A stretch of DNA of 15,397 nucleotides from Nitrospinota bacterium (GTDB lineage: Bacteria > Nitrospinota > Nitrospinia > Nitrospinales > VA-1): NCBI GenBank assembly GCA_038108555.1, contig JAYNIA010000038.1, positions 9,386 through 24,782 of the forward strand. The letters run 5' to 3'. Positions 7,402 to 15,224 of the stretch are shown one piece after another. The translations under genes were made by a program, and so were the position numbers. Within the stretch, counting starts at the first letter, position 1. Each line of letters begins with the position of its first letter. A model generated the notes under the pieces. The model made no database searches and was not told where the DNA came from. It saw only the letters and a list, made by a program, of their open reading frames with translations.

Positions 7402-7431
7402 TGTTTAGCATAGGTTTGAAAATTATGTCAA
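7402..7431 (-). promoter_or_regulatory. Putative sigma70 promoter of the cold-shock gene
   Basis: Minus strand TTGACA (7431-7426), 18 nt, then TAAACA (7407-7402) with TG in the extended -10 position. Confidence 0.5.
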
Positions 7432-7550
7432 GAACTATTGCTTGTGTGAAAATTGCTTCCGGCAAACCGAAATTCCCGGTAAAAATCCTTTCGAGAATAT
7501 TAGGTTTCCGTGAAAGTTATTGAAAAGAATGATGTAATATAAGTTTTGAA

Positions 7551-8105
7551 ATGGAGTCAGGGTACCTAATGAGTTCTCCTCTTTTTTTGCTTGTAATTCC
7601 GCAAAGCCGGTTTTGCGAGCAACAATTGCTTGATTTAAAAGACGTATTTGAAAGAAATGGAGGTCGATGTTTTATTCTCTCCAAATCCGGGAAAGAAGCC
7701 AGGGGAGAGGCAAAAAACAGGATTCAACCCGATGGAATGCTGGTGGATTGGAACCGGTTTCTTGAAGGGAAAAGGAAATACGATGCCATCATTGTTATTG
7801 GTGGAAAAGGTTCCAAGAATTCTATTTGGGAAGATCCGATCCTTCCACAGATTCTTACAGATCACTTTAGAGCAGGAAAAATTATAGGGGCGTTCGGAGC
7901 TTCCGTTGTCGCCCTGGCCCGAGCAGGTTTGATATCGCGATATGAAGTTTCTGCAATTAATGATTATGATTGTTTGCAGGAGTTGGAAGATGCAGGTGCA
8001 TTTCCAGAAGAAAAGAATCTTGTCGTCACAGAAAAAATTGTTACTTCAAACGATCCGAATGCCGGCAAGTTATTTGGAGAAACTGTCCTGGGATTATTGG
8101 AGTAG
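7551..8105 (+). CDS. DJ-1/PfpI family protein, apparently catalytically degenerate
   Basis: YDAIIVIGGKG, AGKIIGAFG, LARAGLI, LVVTEKIVTSNDP...FG fold motifs; real start may be ATG 7569. Confidence 0.85.
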   Translation: MESGYLMSSPLFLLVIPQSRFCEQQLLDLKDVFERNGGRCFILSKSGKEARGEAKNRIQPDGMLVDWNRFLEGKRKYDAIIVIGGKGSKNSIWEDPILPQILTDHFRAGKIIGAFGASVVALARAGLISRYEVSAINDYDCLQELEDAGAFPEEKNLVVTEKIVTSNDPNAGKLFGETVLGLLE

Positions 8106-8122
8106 GGTAAGTTGTATTTGTT

Positions 8123-8626
8123 TTAACGGTAATTGGTGAAATTCATGTCGATGCCGAAATCTTTTTGTTTGAGACCGGCAATTACTGCTTGAAGATCATC
8201 TTTGTCCTTACCAGTTACTCTTACCTGATCGTCCATTATCTGTGCCTGGACTTTTTTCATTCCCAACGATTTAATATGCTTTACAATTTCCTTACCTTTT
8301 TCTTGTGGGATTCCCTGCTGAATTTTTATACTTTGACGAACGGTATCTCCCGATGCCGCTTCAACATTTCCATACTCCAGTGCTTTAATTGAAACTTTTC
8401 TTTTAACTAGTTTGCCCTTGAGTATATCGAGTACTGAATTTAATTTGTGGTTGTCATCGGAAAGGACTTTCACCTCTGCGGTTTTCATGTCAATTTCAAC
8501 CTGGCTTTTACTTCCCTTAAAGTCGAAACGCTGGCGGATTTCCAGCATGGTTTGATTGCATGCGTTTTGAACCTCGGCAAGGTTGGTTGCAGATGTAATG
8601 TCGAACGAAGAGCTTTTTGAAGCCAT
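8123..8626 (-). CDS. yajQ: YajQ family nucleotide / c-di-GMP-binding protein
   Basis: SFDITS, RFDFKGS, KVQAQI..DQVRVTGKDKDDLQ, C-terminal FTNYR. Confidence 0.95.
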   Translation of the reverse strand: MASKSSSFDITSATNLAEVQNACNQTMLEIRQRFDFKGSKSQVEIDMKTAEVKVLSDDNHKLNSVLDILKGKLVKRKVSIKALEYGNVEAASGDTVRQSIKIQQGIPQEKGKEIVKHIKSLGMKKVQAQIMDDQVRVTGKDKDDLQAVIAGLKQKDFGIDMNFTNYR

Positions 8627-8692
8627 TGTTAATTCCTTTTGGTTTTTTGAAAATCAGGTCTTTGCTTTTGAGTGTGTGCAGTAAGGAAGAAG

Positions 8693-10042
8693 CTATACTG
8701 CACCATAGGCGACCATAGCATCAGCGACTTTTACAAATCCGGCAATATTGGCCCCTTTCACATAATCAACTTGTTTTTTTCCTGCTCCATAATTAACGCA
8801 TTGCTGGTGAATATCATGCATAATATTTTTTAGTCTCTCTTCCAATTCGTCTCGACTCCAAGCCAAACGAATGCTGTTCTGTGTCATTTCCAGTCCCGAT
8901 ACTGCGACCCCACCTGCATTTGCGGCTTTTCCCGGGGCAAAAGGTATCCCGGCTTTCCTGAAGGCTTCTATTGACTCATTTGTGGTGGGCATATTCGCAC
9001 CTTCCGCTACGGCAATGATATTATTTTTTATCAAATTCCTAGCATCCTTAATTTCCAGTTCATTTTGAGTTGCACAGGGGAATGCCAGGTCCGCTTTAAT
9101 TCCCCAGGGTCTTTTGCCTTCATGAAAATGGCATTTGTACTCTTTTGCATACTCCGAAATTCTGCCACGTTTTTTAGTTTTTAAATCGATAATAAAATTG
9201 AGTTTATCTTCATTCAATCCTTTTGGATCATGAATAAAACCGGAAGAGTCAGAAAGGGAAATAACCTTTCCCCCCAATTGCATTATTTTTTGGGCTGCAT
9301 ATTGTGCCACATTTCCTGAGCCAGAGATCAGACAAGATTTCCCCTCTATGGAATCTCCATGGTGTTGCAACATCTCTTCCATGAAATAGACACAGCCATA
9401 TCCCGTGGCTTCTGTTCTTATTAAACTTCCTCCAAACGAAAGTGCCTTTCCTGTTAAAGTACCGGTAAATTCATTTTTCAAGCGTTTATACTGGCCAAAC
9501 ATGTAGCTTATTTCCCGGGCTCCCACTCCTATATCTCCTGCCGGTACATCAATATCCTGTCCTATATGTTTTGAAAGTTCTGTCATGAAGGATTGACAAA
9601 AGCGCATAATTTCACGTTCTGATTTTCCCTTGGGGTTAAAGTCAGCTCCACCTTTACCCGCTCCCATGGGAAGGGTCGTCAGGCTATTTTTAAAAGTTTG
9701 CTCAAAGCCCAGAAATTTTAAAATACTCAGGTTGACCGAGTGGTGAAACCGAAGACCCCCCTTATAGGGGCCGATGGAATTGTTGAATTGGATCCGATAG
9801 CCTCTATTCGTCCTGATAGTGCCACTGTCATCTTCCCAGCAAACCCGGAAGATAATTGTGCGATCCGGTTCCGTCATCCTCTCCAGGATCTGGTTTTCCA
9901 GATATACAGGGTTTTTATTTATAAAAGGAATGACAGTGGTTGCAACTTCTTCTACCGCTTGATGAAACTCAGTTTCATTTGGGTTTCTTTTAATGAGACC
10001 CTGCATGAAAGTTTTAAGATTTAGTTTCTCAGCTTTTTTCAA
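8693..10042 (-). CDS. gdhA: NADP-specific glutamate dehydrogenase
   Basis: GPYKGGLRFH, GAGKGG, DVPAGDIGVG, RTEATGYG, GSGNVA (GxGxxA, NADP-type), EGANMP, ANAGGVAVS; TTG start. Confidence 0.97.
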   Translation of the reverse strand: MKKAEKLNLKTFMQGLIKRNPNETEFHQAVEEVATTVIPFINKNPVYLENQILERMTEPDRTIIFRVCWEDDSGTIRTNRGYRIQFNNSIGPYKGGLRFHHSVNLSILKFLGFEQTFKNSLTTLPMGAGKGGADFNPKGKSEREIMRFCQSFMTELSKHIGQDIDVPAGDIGVGAREISYMFGQYKRLKNEFTGTLTGKALSFGGSLIRTEATGYGCVYFMEEMLQHHGDSIEGKSCLISGSGNVAQYAAQKIMQLGGKVISLSDSSGFIHDPKGLNEDKLNFIIDLKTKKRGRISEYAKEYKCHFHEGKRPWGIKADLAFPCATQNELEIKDARNLIKNNIIAVAEGANMPTTNESIEAFRKAGIPFAPGKAANAGGVAVSGLEMTQNSIRLAWSRDELEERLKNIMHDIHQQCVNYGAGKKQVDYVKGANIAGFVKVADAMVAYGAV

Positions 10043-10178
10043 TTTGGTTGCCTTGTCAACTGTTGTAGAGTTTAAATTGGTATCGATTTAACGAGTAAGG
10101 TATAACTGCGATATCAAAAAAATGGTGTTTTGCTTCAAAACTTTGACCAACTAACAAGTTTAATTTGGGGAATATAGC

Positions 10179-10481
10179 ATGAATTCAAATGGAAACCCTA
10201 TTTTAATTGAAATGGCCGACCAGCTACCCGAAAGCTCGAAAGCTTTTCAATTGATTACTACCAGTGTGGACTATCCAAAGATTATCGAGCAGACTCGGGA
10301 AGATTTTTATTGCTTTGCTGATCTGGACAAAGAAAGAGAAAGTGGGAAAACAGGAAGAGACGCGCTTGTTGAAAATGGTTATGGTGAATGGATGAAAGAG
10401 ATGGAAGAAGAAGACCGGTTGCGAATATGCGGTGTATTGCAAATGATTACTGATCTGGCTCAGGAACTGGAGGATGACTGA
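10179..10481 (+). CDS. Hypothetical acidic protein
   Basis: 100-aa ORF with GGGGAA SD, divergent from gdhA; no recognisable motif. Confidence 0.75.
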   Translation: MNSNGNPILIEMADQLPESSKAFQLITTSVDYPKIIEQTREDFYCFADLDKERESGKTGRDALVENGYGEWMKEMEEEDRLRICGVLQMITDLAQELEDD

Positions 10482-10514
10482 TATCTATTAAAAATTTAGT
10501 ATCGAGGAATAATC

Positions 10515-10958
10515 ATGAATTACACTCTTACGGCCCTGGCATTTTTTATTGGGATATTGTTGCCCGTTCAAGTCGGTGTCAACGCAGAACTTTCAAAAAA
10601 TATTAGTAGTCCCATTCTAGCGGCGTTAGTTTCTTTTCTTGTCGGTGGCATTTGTTTGATCTTGAGTGCAGTCGCTTTTAAGTCACCTCTACCCGGTTGG
10701 AATCAAATTATTTCTATTCCCATCTGGCAATGGCTGGGTGGCATGATTGGTGCCATGGTTGTATTGGGCTCCATTTTAGCCGGACCCAAAATTGGAGCAC
10801 TGGCTCTGGTGAGTTTATTGCTTGCCGGACAACTGGTAGCATCCATTGTAATTGATCATTACGGGTGGTTGGGATTTCCCATTCAAAAAATGGATTTTCA
10901 ACGATTGCTGGGTTTGTTGTTGTTGATTGGTGGCTATTTGCTCATTCGCAAACATTAA
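10515..10958 (+). CDS. DMT superfamily transporter, YdcZ/DUF606 family
   Basis: 147 aa, hydrophobic; PVQVGVNAEL, AALVSFLVG, WQWLGG, GQLVASIVIDHYGWLG; GAGG SD. Confidence 0.9.
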   Translation: MNYTLTALAFFIGILLPVQVGVNAELSKNISSPILAALVSFLVGGICLILSAVAFKSPLPGWNQIISIPIWQWLGGMIGAMVVLGSILAGPKIGALALVSLLLAGQLVASIVIDHYGWLGFPIQKMDFQRLLGLLLLIGGYLLIRKH

Positions 10959-10999
10959 TAGTTGTTTTCAGATGCGGTGTTTATACTAATAAGAGGAGA

Positions 11000-11034
11000 A
11001 AAAAGGCCCTGGGGCATTGCCACAGGGCCTTTTT
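11000..11034. terminator. Bidirectional intrinsic terminator between the DMT gene (+) and tRNA-fMet (-)
   Basis: AAAAAGGCCCTG-g-GGC-att-GCC-a-CAGGGCCTTTTT, giving a U-tract on both strands. Confidence 0.88.
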
Positions 11035-11037
11035 ATT

Positions 11038-11114
<77 letters not shown>

Positions 11115-11140
11115 TCGATATTGGTTTGGTTATGTAAGGA

Positions 11141-11169
11141 CTAATACTTGGAAAAAAATAGTTTGTCAA
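11141..11169 (-). promoter_or_regulatory. Putative sigma70 promoter of tRNA-fMet
   Basis: Minus strand TTGACA (11169-11164), 17 nt, TATTAG (11146-11141), ending 26 nt before the tRNA. Confidence 0.6.
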
Positions 11170-11214
11170 GTCGAGGAAGATTTCGAAATGCCAGGAACCG
11201 AAGTATTGTCGGTC

Positions 11215-11260
11215 AAAAAAAAACAGGCTCTGCCCGGGACTTAAAACCCCAGGCAGAGCC
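11215..11260 (-). terminator. Intrinsic terminator of the ferredoxin gene
   Basis: Minus strand GGCTCTGCCTGGGG-loop-TCCCGGGCAGAGCC followed by TGTTTTTTTTT. Confidence 0.9.
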
Positions 11261-11274
11261 GAAAAGTTTTGTGA

Positions 11275-11601
11275 CTAGAGATTCGCGTTTTTGCGATCTG
11301 GATTGCGGAAAAGAGATGTTTCAGGACTCAGTTCATCCAAAGACGGAAATGTTTCGTCCGGATGAATTTTCTTTGCTTTTTCCAGCAACTCTTCTTCGGT
11401 CTCCTTGTGATCTTCATTAGGAACACAACAGTCTACCGGGCAAACTTCCTGGCAGGCTTCTTCACCATGAAAACCCACACATTCTGTGCAGAGATCCGCC
11501 TCAATTTCATAAAAATCCTCACCCTCGCTGATAGCGGTGTTAGGACATTCCGGCTCACATACTCCACAGTTGATACATTCGTCAGTGATAATTGTTGACA
11601 T
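11275..11601 (-). CDS. YfhL/Alvin-type 2[4Fe-4S] ferredoxin
   Basis: CINCGVCEPECP and CTECVGFHGEEACQEVCP (CxxC-x8-CxxxCP) plus C-terminal helix ETEEELLEK; AAGGA SD. Confidence 0.95.
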   Translation of the reverse strand: MSTIITDECINCGVCEPECPNTAISEGEDFYEIEADLCTECVGFHGEEACQEVCPVDCCVPNEDHKETEEELLEKAKKIHPDETFPSLDELSPETSLFRNPDRKNANL

Positions 11602-11718
11602 CTTGTTTTCCTTCTAAATTAGTTAATGAACAAAAAGTTAATATATGAAAAATTAAAAATTAATGTTCTCAATTTATTGGAATTTAGCGTGTTATTGCTA
11701 ACCCTCAAGGGCCTTCAA

Positions 11719-11745
11719 ATTATAGTCAATTAAAGGGCAAGTCAA
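11719..11745 (-). promoter_or_regulatory. Possible promoter of the ferredoxin gene
   Basis: Minus strand TATAAT at 11724-11719 and TTGACT at 11745-11740 (spacer only 15 nt). Confidence 0.4.
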
Positions 11746-11899
11746 GAAAATTTTTGGTATCCCCCTAAAATTGAATTTTTCCTCACATATCGGCAAAAAA
11801 CGCTTTAAATATGAGGAGCTTGCAGAATAAATCATTTTCTTGAAAAATGTCTAATTAAAAATGATTCTTCATACCTCCTCTATTTGATATCATTTATTC

Positions 11900-13969
11900 A
11901 TGTTTGTCAAAAAAGTCCTCATATATATCCCATTTTTCCTGATCCTGTTCCTTGTACAATCTTTTTTTTGGGTACCGACTTACGAAAAACAGGCAACGGG
12001 TAACCCTGCAAGGCTGGTCAAATACATCCACGGTTCCTCCGGGGATGCGGAAATATTGAACCCGACACTCAATGCAGACTCTGCAAGCAGCATGATATGT
12101 GGCCTTGTATTTGATGGACTTATCGATCTCGATAAGGACCTCAGATACCGACCCCGGCTGGCCAAATCGTGGACCCAATATGAGGAAGCTTACCTGACAT
12201 TAAATCCATTTTTGCCGGATGGAAAGTTGTCAAAAGAAAACGCACGGGAAATGCTGAAAAATGCGTTGTCGGAACATAAAGAGTGGAATGACAATCTCCG
12301 CTCTATTGAGGTCATTGACGAAGTGACCCTCGAGGGGGAGTATGAAAAAATTCCCTACACTATAAACTATCCCGCAAGATTGAAGTTCACTCTTAAAAAA
12401 ATCAATCAGGATTTTTTTAAACCGATTAAAAACCTTCTCGGGAAAAATTATTTTAATCAATTTCCTTATCAGGAATTCATAAAGGCTAAAGACCCGGTTC
12501 AACAGGAAAAACTCAAGAAGCATTATAAAAAAATCTTGCAAGTGACGGAGCACAACCCGGTCATTGTTTTTGAACTTAGAAAAAATGTGGTGTTCCACGA
12601 TGGGCATCCCTTTGACTCTGGCGATGTCTTGTTCACTTACAACTCCATCATCAGCCCAAAGGGCACGTCTCCCAGGAAATCGGATTACGAACCGGTGAAA
12701 ACCGCCACGGTGCTTGGCCCTTATAAAATTAAATTCACATACAAACGACTTTTCTCTCCTGCGTTTGGTTCCTGGGGAATTGGTATCTTGCCTGAACATT
12801 TATTGAATGATAAAAAACTGAAAGAGGAAGCGGTTGCAAGAGACCTTGACCCGGAAAAATTCAGCATGCGCGACAGCAATTTTGGCAGGAATCCAGTGGG
12901 AACAGGGCCTTTCAAGTTTGTGGAATGGAAAACAGACCAAATCATTCGATTAAAAAGAAACGAAAACTATTGGGAAGGTCCCCCGGAATACGATGAATAC
13001 GCCATGCGCATCATTTCTGATCCACTGACCCAGGAAATGGAGTTCTATGTCGGTGCGGTCGATAATTATGATGTCCAACCGCATCAGGTAAAACGTCTTT
13101 CCAACGATCCCAGTTACCAAAGCTTTTCTACTGTGGGTATGTTTTACTCTTATATAGGCTACAACATCCGAAAACCCCTTTTTGCCGATGCTGAAATAAG
13201 AAAAGCACTCGGCATGGCGATCAATGTTGGTCCCATCATTGAATACTTGTTGTATGGGGAAGGGGAAAGGGTGACGGGTCCCTATCCTAAAGTGACAGAA
13301 TGGTACGATCCTGATTTGCAACCTTTGCCCTACGATCCTGAAACGGCATTAAAAATTTTCAACGATAAAGGATGGAAGAAGAACGCCGACGGCATTCTCG
13401 AAAGGGATGGAAAGCTGTTCGAGTTCAACCTCATCACCAACAGCGGCAATCCCATCCGAAAAAATATCCTTTCCATCGTGCAGGACAACTGGCGCAAAAT
13501 AGGGGTCAAATGCAACACGCAGTTTTTCGAGTGGGCGGTGTTCCTGAAAGATTTCGTTAATGCCCTGGAATTCGATGCGCTGGTTTTGGGATGGAGCATG
13601 GGTATCGATCCCGACATTTACCAGATATGGCATTCGAGCCAGACGAATCCCCGGCAACTGAACTTTGTCGGCTATAAAAATCCGGAAGCCGACCGGCTCA
13701 TTGAACGCATTCGTAAAGAATATGATCGTCCAAAACAGGTGCAGATGGCGCGAGAACTGCACCGCATCATTGCCCGAGACCAGCCCTATACTTTTTTGTA
13801 TGTAAAGAAAGCCACACAGGTGCTCGACAAAAAAATAATGATCGTCGAGAGAGATGCCAGTGGAAAAGAAAGATATGAGAAGATTTATCCCACCAAAAGC
13901 GGTGATATAAAATACTATTTCAATAAATGGAAAAAACTGGCCCACCTCGAACCGGGGATGGTTAATTAA
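11900..13969 (+). CDS. ABC transporter solute-binding protein family 5 (peptide/nickel, AppA-like) with N-terminal membrane anchor
   Basis: LNP, VFDGL, PRLAKSW, FELRKNVVFHDGHPFDSGDVLFTY, PVGTGPFKFVEW, YIGYN, IRKAL, YDPETA, IIARDQPYTFLY. Confidence 0.93.
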   Translation: MFVKKVLIYIPFFLILFLVQSFFWVPTYEKQATGNPARLVKYIHGSSGDAEILNPTLNADSASSMICGLVFDGLIDLDKDLRYRPRLAKSWTQYEEAYLTLNPFLPDGKLSKENAREMLKNALSEHKEWNDNLRSIEVIDEVTLEGEYEKIPYTINYPARLKFTLKKINQDFFKPIKNLLGKNYFNQFPYQEFIKAKDPVQQEKLKKHYKKILQVTEHNPVIVFELRKNVVFHDGHPFDSGDVLFTYNSIISPKGTSPRKSDYEPVKTATVLGPYKIKFTYKRLFSPAFGSWGIGILPEHLLNDKKLKEEAVARDLDPEKFSMRDSNFGRNPVGTGPFKFVEWKTDQIIRLKRNENYWEGPPEYDEYAMRIISDPLTQEMEFYVGAVDNYDVQPHQVKRLSNDPSYQSFSTVGMFYSYIGYNIRKPLFADAEIRKALGMAINVGPIIEYLLYGEGERVTGPYPKVTEWYDPDLQPLPYDPETALKIFNDKGWKKNADGILERDGKLFEFNLITNSGNPIRKNILSIVQDNWRKIGVKCNTQFFEWAVFLKDFVNALEFDALVLGWSMGIDPDIYQIWHSSQTNPRQLNFVGYKNPEADRLIERIRKEYDRPKQVQMARELHRIIARDQPYTFLYVKKATQVLDKKIMIVERDASGKERYEKIYPTKSGDIKYYFNKWKKLAHLEPGMVN

Positions 13970-14098
13970 CCTGTTGGGATTGGTGCCATTGCGAACTACG
14001 GTAATTAGTGGCCATGATATATTCCCATATAATTCGTTCCCCACAGGGGTAAATCCAGCAAGGTTTTAAGAGTCCATTTGCTTTTACCGGAGTAATAC

Positions 14099-14695
14099 AT
14101 GTCTCAAATTGAAAAAAAGTTAAATGAATTGAAACAAGCAGCGGAAGAAGGCGATGCAGAAGCCCAGTTCGCAGTTGCTGCAAACTTCCACATGGGTGAA
14201 AAAAAAGATATCGATGCTGCGGTGAAATGGTATACCAGCGCCGCCGAGCAAGACCATCTTCAAGCGCAATTCAATTTGGCGATGCTGTATTTTGTCGGCA
14301 AGGATGTAGAGCAAGACTTCAATATCACTGCGAAATGGTTGAAGCAGGCGTCAGACCAGGGCGAACCCAACTCGCAAAACGCTCTCGCGGTGTTGTATTA
14401 TAACGGACAGGGTGTCGAGAAAAATCTTGAACAGGCCATCAAATGGTGGCACCAATCGGCAGAGAATGGAAATCCCCTGGCGCAGATCAGCCTCGGAGCC
14501 ATGCATTACGATGGTAAAGGCGTAGAAAAAAGTATGGCAAAGGCTCTCATGTGGCATAACATCGCCATTGTATTTGGCAGTGAAGAGGGCGAGCAAAACA
14601 AGGTAACGCTGGAAAAGGAAGCCACAGCAGAAGAAATTGAAGAAGCCAAAAAATTAACCCAGGAATGGCTCACCCATCACGACCAACCCCACTAG
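14099..14695 (+). CDS. Sel1-like repeat protein
   Basis: About 4 repeats of the AQxxLxxxYxxGxGVxKxxxxAxKWxxxxAxxG type; GGAG SD; no signal peptide. Confidence 0.93.
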   Translation: MSQIEKKLNELKQAAEEGDAEAQFAVAANFHMGEKKDIDAAVKWYTSAAEQDHLQAQFNLAMLYFVGKDVEQDFNITAKWLKQASDQGEPNSQNALAVLYYNGQGVEKNLEQAIKWWHQSAENGNPLAQISLGAMHYDGKGVEKSMAKALMWHNIAIVFGSEEGEQNKVTLEKEATAEEIEEAKKLTQEWLTHHDQPH

Positions 14696-14768
14696 CGTGG
14701 GCCATTCGCATGGCTGCCAGTTAATAATTCCTTCTCCCTTGATGGGGGGCTAAATAAGTTCAAAACTA

Positions 14769-15068
14769 ATGGAAAAGTTATTAATCGTAGAAAGAAACAA
14801 TCAGTTCTCAGTGGTCTGCTATTCCCGCGCAGCGGAAGACTGCAGTGAAAACGGTGGCTGGTGTGACAGCAAAGAAGAGGCCCAGGAATGGGTCGAAGAC
14901 GAATGCTGGATCTTTACCGGAGAAGGGTGGATGTGTATCAACTGCAATGCCCACCATATGCGGCAACTTAAAGTCCACCGCCAGGACGTCCACGATAAAG
15001 ACGATAAAAGCCGGGGCAACGATGGCCTCGACAACGAACTCATCACCGGAATTGATCCAATGTACTAG
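14769..15068 (+). CDS. Hypothetical Cys-rich small protein (putative metal-binding)
   Basis: 99-aa ORF, six Cys including CxxC, four Trp; weak SD. Confidence 0.7.
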   Translation: MEKLLIVERNNQFSVVCYSRAAEDCSENGGWCDSKEEAQEWVEDECWIFTGEGWMCINCNAHHMRQLKVHRQDVHDKDDKSRGNDGLDNELITGIDPMY

Positions 15069-15094
15069 ATACCAGGCGTAGGGTCGGATAGGGT

Positions 15095-15124
15095 CGTCCT
15101 GGCGAGCTAAGCGTGGCCATCCAG
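15095..15124 (+). repeat. Degenerate CGTC-tagged REP-like element
   Basis: CGTCCTGGCGAGCTAAGCGTGGCCATCCAG resembles the recalled CGTCATTGCGAG..AAGCGTGGCAATCCAG repeat type. Confidence 0.5.
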
Positions 15125-15163
15125 TAGCTGTTTCAGTCATCCTTCTCATAAAAAAGAGCCGGG

Positions 15164-15192
15164 TTGCATAAGGGGCACACTTGTAATATTCT
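15164..15192 (+). promoter_or_regulatory. Putative sigma70 promoter of the terminal gene
   Basis: TTGCAT (15164-15169), 17 nt, TATTCT (15187-15192). Confidence 0.5.
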
Positions 15193-15224
15193 CGAGCAAA
15201 TTCCAAGTCTAAAAGGAGTTCATC

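Noticed and set aside
10054..10059. TTGACA on the minus strand as the gdhA -35
   Set aside because: It lies only 11 nt before the TTG start, beside the SD, with no suitable -10.
97..10150. Recurring TTTGACCAA motif (98-106 reverse, 1452-1460, 10142-10150) as a regulator site
   Set aside because: Picked post hoc, only 9 bp, and in inconsistent positions relative to starts; plausibly chance.
13349..14044. 231-aa antisense ORF (also 12230-12799)
   Set aside because: Antisense shadow of the solute-binding gene, favoured by its codon bias; no recognisable domain.
14934..14957. Heme c motif in the Cys-rich protein
   Set aside because: The sequence is CINCNAHH, not CxxCH, and there is no signal peptide.
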